DNA of 53,424 bases, filler included, from Stramenopiles sp. TOSAG23-2 (Eukaryota): assembly GCA_900128395.1 (NCBI GenBank). It is 3 parts of 3 records of this genome, joined end to end, with 100 filler letters (N's around TTAATTAATTAA, not from the genome) between each part and the next. Parts side by side here need not be neighbours in the genome. Positions count along the whole stretch, not along the records: positions 1 to 17,789 come from LT649627.1; positions 17,890 to 35,611 come from LT649628.1; 1 more part is not named here. One strand, written 5' to 3'. The notes under the pieces are model-generated. The model searched no databases, had not been told where the DNA came from, and saw only the letters and a list, made by a program, of their open reading frames with translations. Each line of letters starts with the position of its first letter. Position 1 is the first letter of the stretch. This document shows, piece by piece, positions 8,573 to 18,246 of the stretch. Made by a program: the position numbers and the translations under genes.

Positions 8573-10501
8573 TCAATCACACTGCATACCACTTGCCACC
8601 ATGTAACAACCTTTACCTGGTTGCCAGCGAAGTTCGCCATGTTCGAATGTTTGCCGGGATCCACCTTGGAAACCCATCTCGTTTGAAGTCGGCGCACCCA
8701 ATTTTAAAATATCTCCTCTTTCCCAATATACACGGTGAAAACCCATTTGTGTCATAAAGACTTCTTTAAGCCGCAAATTGGCCACAAAAGCCTTTTTTCC
8801 CCAACCATGCATAGCCCCTCCTTGTTCAATAGGAACGTAAAAAATTTTGGTTACCTTTTTTTCAGAACCATTTGCAATAATTTCAAATTCTTTTACATCG
8901 GACTCTGTTGCATTTCCTGCAGATGCCTGCGACTTAAAACGATTCATTAAAATAGTCACAGCTTTTTCTCTTGAAGTAGTTTGATACAAAACTGTTTTGA
9001 TGTGCGGAAGTTCCGATAATATCGCATTTGCTACACCATTTTCAAGATTATCGTTCAAACGTAAATCAAATTCAGAAAGCAAGGGCCAAATTGTTTTCTC
9101 CTGATTTAAATTCTCGCCGATTGCGAGTTTTAGACTATTCATAAAATCCTTGAAGTCAACAAGCCTGTTGTTAGAAAAATTTAGCGCTTCTAATTTATCA
9201 AGGAAAAACAATGTCCCCGGAAAAGATGTAAATATATTTGAACTTAAATCAAGGTATTTTAATGACGGGAAAGACCCACCGCCAAATTCTTCTGGCAAAC
9301 TGGCAAGCTTGTTCCCACTGAGGTTCAACCTTTTCAATCCTGAGAGTTGAAGAGCCCCTTTTGGTAATTGATCTAGGACAACTCCATTAAAATAAACGTC
9401 AAAACCACTCATATTTAATTCTTCCACATGACTACAAGATATTTCGCCCAATTGATTTTGTATCCAACTTGCAAATCGTGTTTTGCCCTTCATCAAAGTC
9501 CATACCAAAGGTTCTTTTTGTACATAACGTGTATAAAAAAGACTTTGGATAAGTGCATCTGTGGAAAATTTTTCTCTCATAGCTTTTAAATTTTCAGCAA
9601 TTTCAGATACAAGATACTTAATAACCCCAAAATGTGTTTCATTATCATCTTTTAAAGTTGCACATGCCATACTAAATAAAAAACCAATAATTACGCATTG
9701 AACAGAGAGGTCAATAACATCATGACCACCGGCTGTATCAGAGATAAGTTTATTAATCTTTTCCCGATCGGTCGCAACCGTAGCCTCTGCACTTGACGTG
9801 CGAATTGCAGAAATAAGAGCAACAAGCTGCTCCAAGGTTTCTGACGTATGTAGAGTTTGCCCCAAGCCGCTTGTCTTAAAGCCAAGAGCAACGCTCAAGC
9901 GGTTTTTTGGAGTTTTTACTGTTGAATATAATTCCCATATACACCATATTCGTGTCAAAACGGTTGGAACTTGTTGAGGCAGCTGATCTAAAACGATAAT
10001 AGTATGCCCGATTGAATTGACTGTCTCTAAAAACGTCGTTTGCCAAAAATCTTCAGGAATTTCGTTTCTAGCTGCTGCATTTTGATTTACAACGAATACA
10101 TCTATCCACAAATATATACCCGAGGTTCTTTCTTCTTTTGTTGTTGACATTCGAACAAAATTTTGTAAAGCTGCCAAAAAATCTCGAAAGTTGAATCCCC
10201 AGGCATGGCTAACAAAATGTGTAGCTGGAGCCACAATTGGTTTATCAAAATTCCCAACAACATTTTCTGGTGCATACTCTGTAATCCATTCAGCATACGA
10301 ACAATCGTTGCTTGCGGTGTCATCGATTATGATTTTTTTACACATTTCCCACGTATGTAATTTTGGTATAGCGTCTACACCTAATGTGTAATCGATGGGA
10401 CGAAGGCGTTTGTCATCCGGCCAACCAAATCGCCCACTGTGAAAACGTGCAAATAACCATTCAAAAAGGACTCCCATTGGTTTACTTGTCTTTAAAGACA
10501 T
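8573..10501 (-). CDS. HET/TIR-like domain + LRR + C-terminal LGFP-like repeat protein
   Basis: Motifs ATHFVSHAWG, YLWIDVFVVNQ and LTRIWCIWE match the HET/TIR-like pattern. LRRs LKRLNLSGNKLASLP, LKYLDLSSNIF, LEALNFSNNRL. C-terminal WERG..LGAPTSNE..GGSRQTFEHGELRWQPGKG. Confidence 0.8.
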   Translation of the reverse strand: MSLKTSKPMGVLFEWLFARFHSGRFGWPDDKRLRPIDYTLGVDAIPKLHTWEMCKKIIIDDTASNDCSYAEWITEYAPENVVGNFDKPIVAPATHFVSHAWGFNFRDFLAALQNFVRMSTTKEERTSGIYLWIDVFVVNQNAAARNEIPEDFWQTTFLETVNSIGHTIIVLDQLPQQVPTVLTRIWCIWELYSTVKTPKNRLSVALGFKTSGLGQTLHTSETLEQLVALISAIRTSSAEATVATDREKINKLISDTAGGHDVIDLSVQCVIIGFLFSMACATLKDDNETHFGVIKYLVSEIAENLKAMREKFSTDALIQSLFYTRYVQKEPLVWTLMKGKTRFASWIQNQLGEISCSHVEELNMSGFDVYFNGVVLDQLPKGALQLSGLKRLNLSGNKLASLPEEFGGGSFPSLKYLDLSSNIFTSFPGTLFFLDKLEALNFSNNRLVDFKDFMNSLKLAIGENLNQEKTIWPLLSEFDLRLNDNLENGVANAILSELPHIKTVLYQTTSREKAVTILMNRFKSQASAGNATESDVKEFEIIANGSEKKVTKIFYVPIEQGGAMHGWGKKAFVANLRLKEVFMTQMGFHRVYWERGDILKLGAPTSNEMGFQGGSRQTFEHGELRWQPGKGCYMVASGMQCD

Positions 10502-11100
10502 TGTGGTTTATAGAACAGCAGCAGTGCGTGGTATGACTTTGCAATAGCTACCCACCGACCTTTATTCATTGCAACGGGCTGATATACCCGTCGGTTAATA
10601 TATTTATATTTAATATATCTTTTTTTAATTCTACTAATTCTCTTATTGCTGGATTTAGATTGCCAGGATGCACTATTGAATATTGAACAACAACCGATGT
10701 TGTCTGGAATCAACAACACCCCCTCCGATTTTACAAAAAAAAATAAAAATTGAGTACAATATTAGTATATTATAATGTAACAACTTGATAGGAAATCGAC
10801 AAAAAAATGTAACAATTTTGTACTTTTTTAATTCGAAATTTTATATACTGCACTACTGCACTACTGCACTACTATCAATTTTGTTTTTAGAATAATGGCT
10901 ATTTTGGTCGTCCCGTTTTAAGCAAGCCGTGCATAGATGCATAGATTATATAAAAAGATACGGAGAAGTAAGACTGATTACTGATATATATATATATAAT
11001 ATATAATATGATGGTTAAAATCTTATCATATCATAATAATATACATATATGTGGATATATCATAGATTTATGCTTTAAATATTGGTTTGGTTAAAGTTTA

Positions 11101-11167
11101 TATTTCCTTTGAGAGTATAGGAATTATCGCGAGTAGAAAATAAAAACTTAAAATTACGCGTATTTTT
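11101..11167 (-). repeat. Dispersed repeat family, copy D
   Basis: tatttcctttgagagtataggaattatcgcgagtagaaaataaaaacttaaaattacgcgtatttt is nearly identical to 13889-13956. Confidence 0.85.
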
Positions 11168-11637
11168 CATCGATTTTTTTTTTGAAGACAAAATCCATCG
11201 ACATCTCAATTTTAAACGTTTGAACTAAAAAAGGCCAGAAGGCAGGAAAAGAAAAGAGAAACCAAAAAAATGATGATAGTCGCGATACAGATTAAGATGC
11301 CATAGATATTCCGGTTTTTTTGTGCTATATTATTCTATACCTAACCAGCTGCTAACTAAATAATAATCCTGAGCACAGCTGTAAAGGGCTCAAAATATAA
11401 CAACTATATTTTGACCAGTTGCAAGCCTGAAATAAAAAGTTAAAAAATATTCTAATTTATTTTATCTTGTTTTTAAAGTTAACATCTACTATATATAAAT
11501 ATGGATTGTTTACTCTACGAAAAATATAAAAATTGCTGTTTGTATTTATTTTACTTTTAGTGGAGCGGCAAACACGCTCTGAAGGAAACAGATAAAAATA
11601 CGTATAACTTTTAATTTGTGGGCTAGCAAACTTTTCT

Positions 11638-13058
11638 TCATTCTTCATGGACATCGTCCTCGCCATCGATAAAAACATGCCTGTCAAATGCAGTTATACA
11701 ACTACAATTGTCAACGAGATGATTTTTAAAACCGCCATTCCCCCATACCCCCTTGACTTTAAATTTCAATGTTACGTCAATACGCGCAGAATTTGTATTT
11801 ATTGTTCTCTTGTGTGGTGTATCTTCTTCTTTGAATTTTCCAAGATAAGGTTTCAACTCAATTTCACATTCTTGACCCTCTCCATTATGTTCTTTTACGA
11901 TAAATTTTGCATGATACTGCGACTTATTTGCAAATTCATAATGACCCTTAGGTATGGGATCACTTTTTCCCCAACCAAAACCACAACAATGATATCGATA
12001 CATTGCAGCTTCTCTTATTCTTTCATAGTCATGCTTATCTATTTCCATGCCATCTATACTTAAACATCTTGCATGCACCGTTCTATCTCTCTTTCTGACT
12101 TTTTCTTTAAAATTTGGCGAGACGTTTGGGGCACTGGAAACTGTGGAAAAAGTGTCGATGTATTTCAACTTTTTTTTGCTATTGCGTTTATACTTTTCGT
12201 GTTTTTTCTTTTCATGTGCCTTAACATAACGTAGAAATACCTTTCGACCGGCCACCATTTCAGCATGAGATAAATCTTCAGTTATGAGTTTGCTATCAGT
12301 CTTTTTAATACTATGTTTGTCTTTGTCCTTAAAACTTGCACCTTTTTGTTTGTCCTTTCCTTGTTCCTTTTGCATCGAGGAAGGTGCAGCTATCGGCAAA
12401 GTTGCTCGGCGTCGCTTTGGTTCAAGTTCTTCCTGCTTTATTTTTTGCATTTTATCAATCGCAGGACCACCTGACAATTGCTTAATTATTTTATCTATAT
12501 TCAAATTCAATACATCTGGATCATCACGATCTACTTTCATAAATACTATATCACTAAGAAATTTAAATTCTGCTGGAGCCAATGACATTAATTTTCCAAT
12601 GTTCTGTTGATCATTTCTTCGAACAACAGGTTGAATCGGTATACCAGCTTCTTTTGCCCATCTTAATTCTTCAAGACAGTACCATCGATTAAAATATGCA
12701 TTCTTTTCGGGTGGATCATTAGGATTGTCTTCATTTACACAAGGGCCAGTTATGATAGCAAGAAATAATTTACAATTTTCAACACCTTCTTTCATTGCAT
12801 TTGTTGCCGGATTGGGCATTTTAACATCTAACCATACAGTATAACCTTTTGTAGTCAATTCATGGTATAGAGTGGAAGCAAGGGTTGTTGCCTCCCCACT
12901 GCGTCTCGAATGACCAATGAAAAAATCCCATTGTCCAGGTTTATTCAAAAATATAGTGGTTGTTGTTAGATGTGCAACAGTTTTATTGTGCTTTTGAATG
13001 TTGATATCTATTTCCTTCGCCGAAGTTGTATCACTTGTGTAAGTAAGTGGCATCCCAA

Positions 13059-13091
<33 letters not shown>

Positions 13092-13098
13092 AATCCAT
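11638..13098 (-). CDS. TIR-domain (TIR_2-like) protein with unknown C-terminal domain
   Basis: First ATG at 13098 (MDYNNNN...). TIR motifs WDFFIGHSRR, GYTVWLDVKM, AMKEGVENCKLFLAIIT, YFNRWYCLEELRWAKEAGIPIQPV, with the alphaC Glu present. Confidence 0.85.
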
Positions 13099-13413
13099 AT
13101 CTCTTCCTTCTCTTTTCAATAATACACGCAATGCAACTGTAGATTTCTATGTCTGTCGCTTATCGATTCGTATATAATGCGATGTTAGTTGTTGTATCTT
13201 CTTACTTTAACTTACATATTCTTGTTATAAAAACGATGAAGAAGAAAGATATTATAATTTATTATTTTTTTATTATTAATTATTATTATTATATTATATT
13301 TTAGAAGATTATTTTTTCATACTACTACTAAAAAATACTAACCCAGTTACAGTTTACAGGTATTATTATGTGTATTATAATAGTTGTTATTATATATAGT
13401 ATACCTTTAATTC

Positions 13414-13468
13414 AGTTTTCCTATACAATTAATACTTTTCGTCTAGTAGTAAGTGTACCTTTGTAGCT
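13414..13468 (+). repeat. 55-bp sequence repeated in inverted orientation at 17735-17789
   Basis: agttttcctatacaattaatacttttcgtctagtagtaagtgtacctttgtagct is the exact reverse complement of the contig-1 end. Confidence 0.9.
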
Positions 13469-13888
13469 ATTCTCCTTGTCACGGCCGTTTTTAACTACTC
13501 TCCTTTGACTTCTTTAACTTTTTTACTTTTTACTTTTTTACTTTTTACTTTTTTAATTTTATGTAGATGTAGAAATTTCCGCAAAAATTTGGAAGCTTTT
13601 TAGATTTAGTTTTTCTATTTATCTATTTTCACGTACCTATTTTTTTACTTTTTTGTTAGTATTTTTTTTTTATAATTATGTGAACATATTGGTAGACTAT
13701 TATCAGTTAAGATATTATTAGTAGTACAGTATGTATAATACTCTATAATAACTACTCATTCATGCAAATAATATTCCTTTCCCTGATGTGTGTGTATTAA
13801 TATTTAGGGTGTTGACGAAGCAAGATAACAAAGAAGAGAATTGGAAGAAAGAAGTATTATTTAAGGAAAACGATATTATAATATATGA

Positions 13889-13956
13889 TATTTCCTTTGA
13901 GAGTATAGAGGAATTATCACGAGTAGAAAATAAAAACTTAAAATTACGCGTATTTT
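13889..13956 (-). repeat. Dispersed repeat family, copy E
   Basis: tatttcctttgagagtatagaggaattatcacgagtagaaaataaaaacttaaaattacgcgtatttt. Confidence 0.85.
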
Positions 13957-14095
13957 CAGTACATTCATTATGAGATATAAGTTTACGTATACTCGTATAT
14001 TATTTTTAAAGAATTTTAACCATGTTATAATAATTTTAAAGAATTTTAAAAATTATACGCACACCACAAGTACACGTCTCTGTGTGTGTAATTTT

Positions 14096-16039
14096 TTACA
14101 ATTTTGATGGTTGTCTTACTTCATTTCTTGCATCTTGTGCAAATCTTGCTAATGATCTAGACGCACCTTTGATCCAACGTGTAGTATCCTGTGATTTACG
14201 AATAATATAAGTTGCAACTTCTTTGTGTGGTAATGCAAGAAACTTTCCATTTTTAGCGCAGTCTAATGTTAAACGCGCAACATCATCTGCCTCTAAAATT
14301 CCATCACCACCAGCAGCACCTGTATTTGCATCTGTATCGCTTAACTGGGCTACATTATCTGATTTAGTATCTTTAACTACCGTATCACGAGAGAAGGCTA
14401 GTGACGTAGCCAAAAGATTCGTGCGTACAGCTTGTGGGCATAATACTGTACATCCAATTCCATCTTCACGATGTGTCACTGCAACCCACTCAGCTAAGGC
14501 CAATGCAGCTGCTTTTGATACTTTATATATTAATTGTGGTACATACAATAAGCCAGCAGCAGATGATGTTACAATAATATAACCACCACCACGTTTTACC
14601 ATTCTTGGTAATAAATATCTTGCCCAATACATATGTTGTTTAAAATTTACACCCATTTGCATATCCCAATCTTTATCAGATGCTAATACGCCTTGTCCAC
14701 CAGCAGCAATGCCAGCATTAGCAATAAATAATGAAATTGGTCCAATTTCATTTTCAACTTTAGTAATAATATTGAACATATCAACTTCTTTACCACAATC
14801 AGCATACATTGCTACTGCATTACATTTAGCATATTGTTTAATTCTTGCAACAGTTTCTTCTGCGCCTTTTAAATTAAAATCAACTGGGACAACTGCACTC
14901 GCACCACGTTTTGCTGCTTCAATACACATTTCTCTTCCCATTCCTGATCCACCACCAGTACATACAACAACTTTGCCTTTTACATCCATACCATCTGCCA
15001 TTGATTCAAATGTCGCCATGTTTTGCGTTTCTAACAATTTTGATGGTTTTTTTACTTCATTTCTGGCACCTTGTGCAAATTTTGCTAATGACCTAGACGC
15101 ACCTTTGATCCAACGTGTAGTCTGTGGAGCGTAGCGTATGAAGAGTGGGTGTTGTGTTAGAGAGGATCTTTCTTTTTAGGTTTAGGGAAGTAGAATTTGA
15201 CTTACATCTTGTGATTTACGAACGATATAAGTTGCAACTTCTTTGTGTGGTAATGCAAGAAACTTTCCATTTTTAGCGCAGTCTAATGTTAAACGTGCAA
15301 CATCATCTGCCTCTAAAATTCCATCACCACCAGCAGCACCTGTATTTGCATCTGTATCGCTTAACTGGGCTACATTATCTGATTTAGTATCTTTAACTAC
15401 CGTATCACGAGAGAAGGCTAGTGACGTAGCCAAAAGATTCGTGCGTACAGCTTGTGGGCATAATACTGTACATCCAATTCCATCTTCACGATGTGTCACT
15501 GCAACCCACTCAGCTAAGGCCAATGCAGCTGCTTTTGATACTTTATATATTAATTGTGGTACATACAATAAGCCAGCAGCAGATGATGTTACAATAATAT
15601 AACCACCACCACGTTTTACCATTCTTGGTAATAAATATCTTGCCCAATACATATGTTGTTTAAAATTTACACCCATTTGCATATCCCAATCTTTATCAGA
15701 TGCTAATACGCCTTGTCCACCAGCAGCAATGCCAGCATTAGCAATAAATAATGAAATTGGTCCAATTTCATTTTCAACTTTAGTAATAATATTGAACATA
15801 TCAACTTCTTTACCACAATCAGCATACATTGCTACTGCATTACATTTAGCATATTGTTTAATTCTTGCAACAGTTTCTTCTGCGCCTTTTAAATTAAAAT
15901 CAACTGGGACAACTGCACTCGCACCACGTTTTGCTGCTTCAATACACATTTCTCTTCCCATTCCTGATCCACCACCAGTACATACAACAACTTTGCCTTT
16001 TACATCCATACCATCTGCCATTGATTCAAATGTCGCCAT
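14096..16039 (-). CDS. Tandem short-chain dehydrogenase/reductase (SDR-SDR) fusion with C-terminal PTS1; complement(join(14096..15121,15206..16039)), 619 aa
   Basis: Each half has TGGGSGMG (Rossmann), ANAG and YKVSK (YxxxK). Removing the GT-AG intron 15205-15122 puts copy 1 in frame through ...KKPSKL-LETQN into the ATG (15019) of copy 2, which ends PSKL*. Confidence 0.8.
15122..15205 (-). other. 84-nt spliceosomal intron, phase 0
   Basis: Minus strand GTAAGT...CTCTAAC...CTCCACAG. Its flanks (…CAAGAT | ACTACACGT…) are contiguous in the second SDR copy. Confidence 0.9.
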
Positions 16040-16370
16040 GTTTTTGTTGTTTTATTCTCTTTTCTTTATTTTGTATTTCAGCTTAATTAAAATGGTTGTT
16101 TGTTCCCGTCCTTTTTCTTACTTTGCATGTATATAATATGGATATGAAAATACAGTTGCACTTATTATATATATATTATTTAGTATATGATTTACTTTTA
16201 CTCTCTCCACTAAACTTATTATATATATATTTTATTTAATTGTCTGTCCACCACCGCAATAATATATGATTATACTATACATATACATGTACAAATAATA
16301 ATAAGTAGCTAATTACATAAATATGAATATATCGTTTTCTAAAATACCAATTTTATTTTTCATATATTTG

Positions 16371-16537
16371 GAAAAAATAGCAAATATCCGAAAATATAGA
16401 AAAAATGATTGAATATTTCCCCCATAGTGAATAGTGTTAAGTGTGTACAGTTTTGTTATTTTTTGAAAAAATAGCAAATATCCGAAAATATAGAAAAAAT
16501 GATTGAATATTTCCCCCATAGTGAATAGTGTTAAGTG
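16371..16537. repeat. 73-bp exact direct duplication (period 94)
   Basis: gaaaaaatagcaaatatccg...gaatagtgttaagtg occurs at 16371-16443 and 16465-16537. Confidence 0.9.
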
Positions 16538-17156
16538 CTGTGACACGGTTTGCACAGTTTTGGCATGTTTTAGCACTGCGTACGGTATATAATTATAAAT
16601 GCAAATTTTATTTCACTTTTTATTAAGGTGTTTATGATGTTGACGCCAAAGAGATCCATTATACCGTATTGTATACTTATTGTATACGTATTGTATACTG
16701 GTATACCTATTATACATTATCTAAAAGTGTATACGTATTGTATAATAGTGCTATACGTATTGTATTATACAATATCTAAAAGTGTACTCGTAAAAACTTA
16801 ACCCTTAAAATACTCAACTTCCATATTAAGGGTGTGCGAGGGATGGAAGCGCGCGTCGTCGTTTTTTTTTTACTAGTACTACATACATAGTAAAGTGCTA
16901 ACTGCACAACTGGCTCACACCACAATCCGAATCGAATAATTAATATCGAATATATATCAGAAGAATAAAAAAGGTACATGGATAATATAAATATACATTT
17001 CTTCATCACGATTCTTCTTTACAAGTAGATCGAAAACAAACAAAAAAAATAATAAGTCATTATTATTATCATCGTCTCCTCCACACATTATTCCACCTCT
17101 TCTCCCGGCCCGCGTTTTGTTTTTTTGGTCCATCTAATAATAATAATAATAATAAT

Positions 17157-17690
17157 ATGAAGATGTTGTTGAAAATAATTATAATATTATTTACATTATT
17201 CTTACATTGTTCATTTATTGTTTTAATAACTGCAGCTGCTGCTGATTCGCAAGAAGAGGAAAACGATAAGAAAATCAAATTAAATCATCAATATCAATGT
17301 GATTTTAGCTTTGTACAGACATTGCATGAAAAAGCTGCTGAAGCTAAAGCAAGGCAAGAAAATGCAAATAGCCAAGTAGATAGAATACGCCAAGAGCATA
17401 GGAAAATTAGTAAGAATAAATTTAGTTTTTCCCATAAAAGGGATGCATATGAACCGGATGAAATTTATATACCAGAACCAGAGGAAGAATTGGCACAAAT
17501 GCCAGAGGATGAATTGATCAATCGATTTTTACAACTTAGCGAACAGCCTATGACAGTTTCACAATTAAACCATAAATGGAAAAGGCGTTTCCCGGAAAGT
17601 ACCCCATTCACCGTAGCTTGTGAGAAAGGGCACTTAGATGATGTTAAATTTTATTTGGAGGAAGATGGAGCAGATAAGGATGAAAAGTAA
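17157..17690 (+). CDS. Signal-peptide protein entering an ankyrin repeat; probably first exon of a gene cut by the contig end
   Basis: Hydrophobic N-terminus; TPFTVACEKGHLDDVKFYLE..GAD is ankyrin-like; the apparent stop lies within a GTAAGA donor-like site. Confidence 0.6.
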   Translation: MKMLLKIIIILFTLFLHCSFIVLITAAAADSQEEENDKKIKLNHQYQCDFSFVQTLHEKAAEAKARQENANSQVDRIRQEHRKISKNKFSFSHKRDAYEPDEIYIPEPEEELAQMPEDELINRFLQLSEQPMTVSQLNHKWKRRFPESTPFTVACEKGHLDDVKFYLEEDGADKDEK

Positions 17691-17789
17691 GAGAGGGTAA
17701 ATTTATATACAAAAGTTAAAAAAATAGACTAGAGAGCTACAAAGGTACACTTACTACTAGACGAAAAGTATTAATTGTATAGGAAAACT

Positions 17790-17889
17790 NNNNNNNNNNN
17801 NNNNNNNNNNNNNNNNNNNNNNNNNNNNNNNNNTTAATTAATTAANNNNNNNNNNNNNNNNNNNNNNNNNNNNNNNNNNNNNNNNNNNN
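17790..17889. other. Artificial contig spacer
   Basis: 44 N + TTAATTAATTAA (stops in all six frames) + 44 N. Confidence 0.98.
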
Positions 17890-18246
17890 GAGTTGCAGTT
17901 ATTTGGAATACATATTTAAGTTGGGCAACACATTAAAAATCTCGGGACAGAGATCTAGAGATATACGTATATATTCTATTTTAATAAAATAATAGAGGGG
18001 GGACGATATAAATATATATTATATATATATGTGTGTGTGTGTGAGAGTACAAAAATTTAATTTACAAAAATACAAATTTTGCACGTGTATTAATTTTTAA
18101 GACCGTTACTCACGTTGTACACACTGCTAGAATAATTTGTATCATATAGTTGCTGTACCAAGTTCAAGCTGTTTGCATTACTGGTTACATTACTCCAAAC
18201 ACAATATTTTAAAATAAAATATGTACGAGCGTATTTTTCTTTTTTT

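Noticed and set aside
15182-16039. Upstream SDR as a separate truncated gene or pseudogene ending VSQILLP*
   Set aside because: That tail is translated intron sequence; splicing restores the full C-terminus.
16660-16770. (tattgtatac)-like short repeats; also a 19-bp duplication near 5775 and (ttttac)n near 13520
   Set aside because: Ordinary slippage-type low-complexity repeats in AT-rich intergenic DNA.
17790-17889. TTAATTAATTAA palindrome inside N runs (also 35612-35711)
   Set aside because: Artificial six-frame-stop linker. The three contigs have near-equal descending lengths (17789, 17722, 17713), consistent with size-sorted concatenation, so cross-gap gene clustering was not interpreted.
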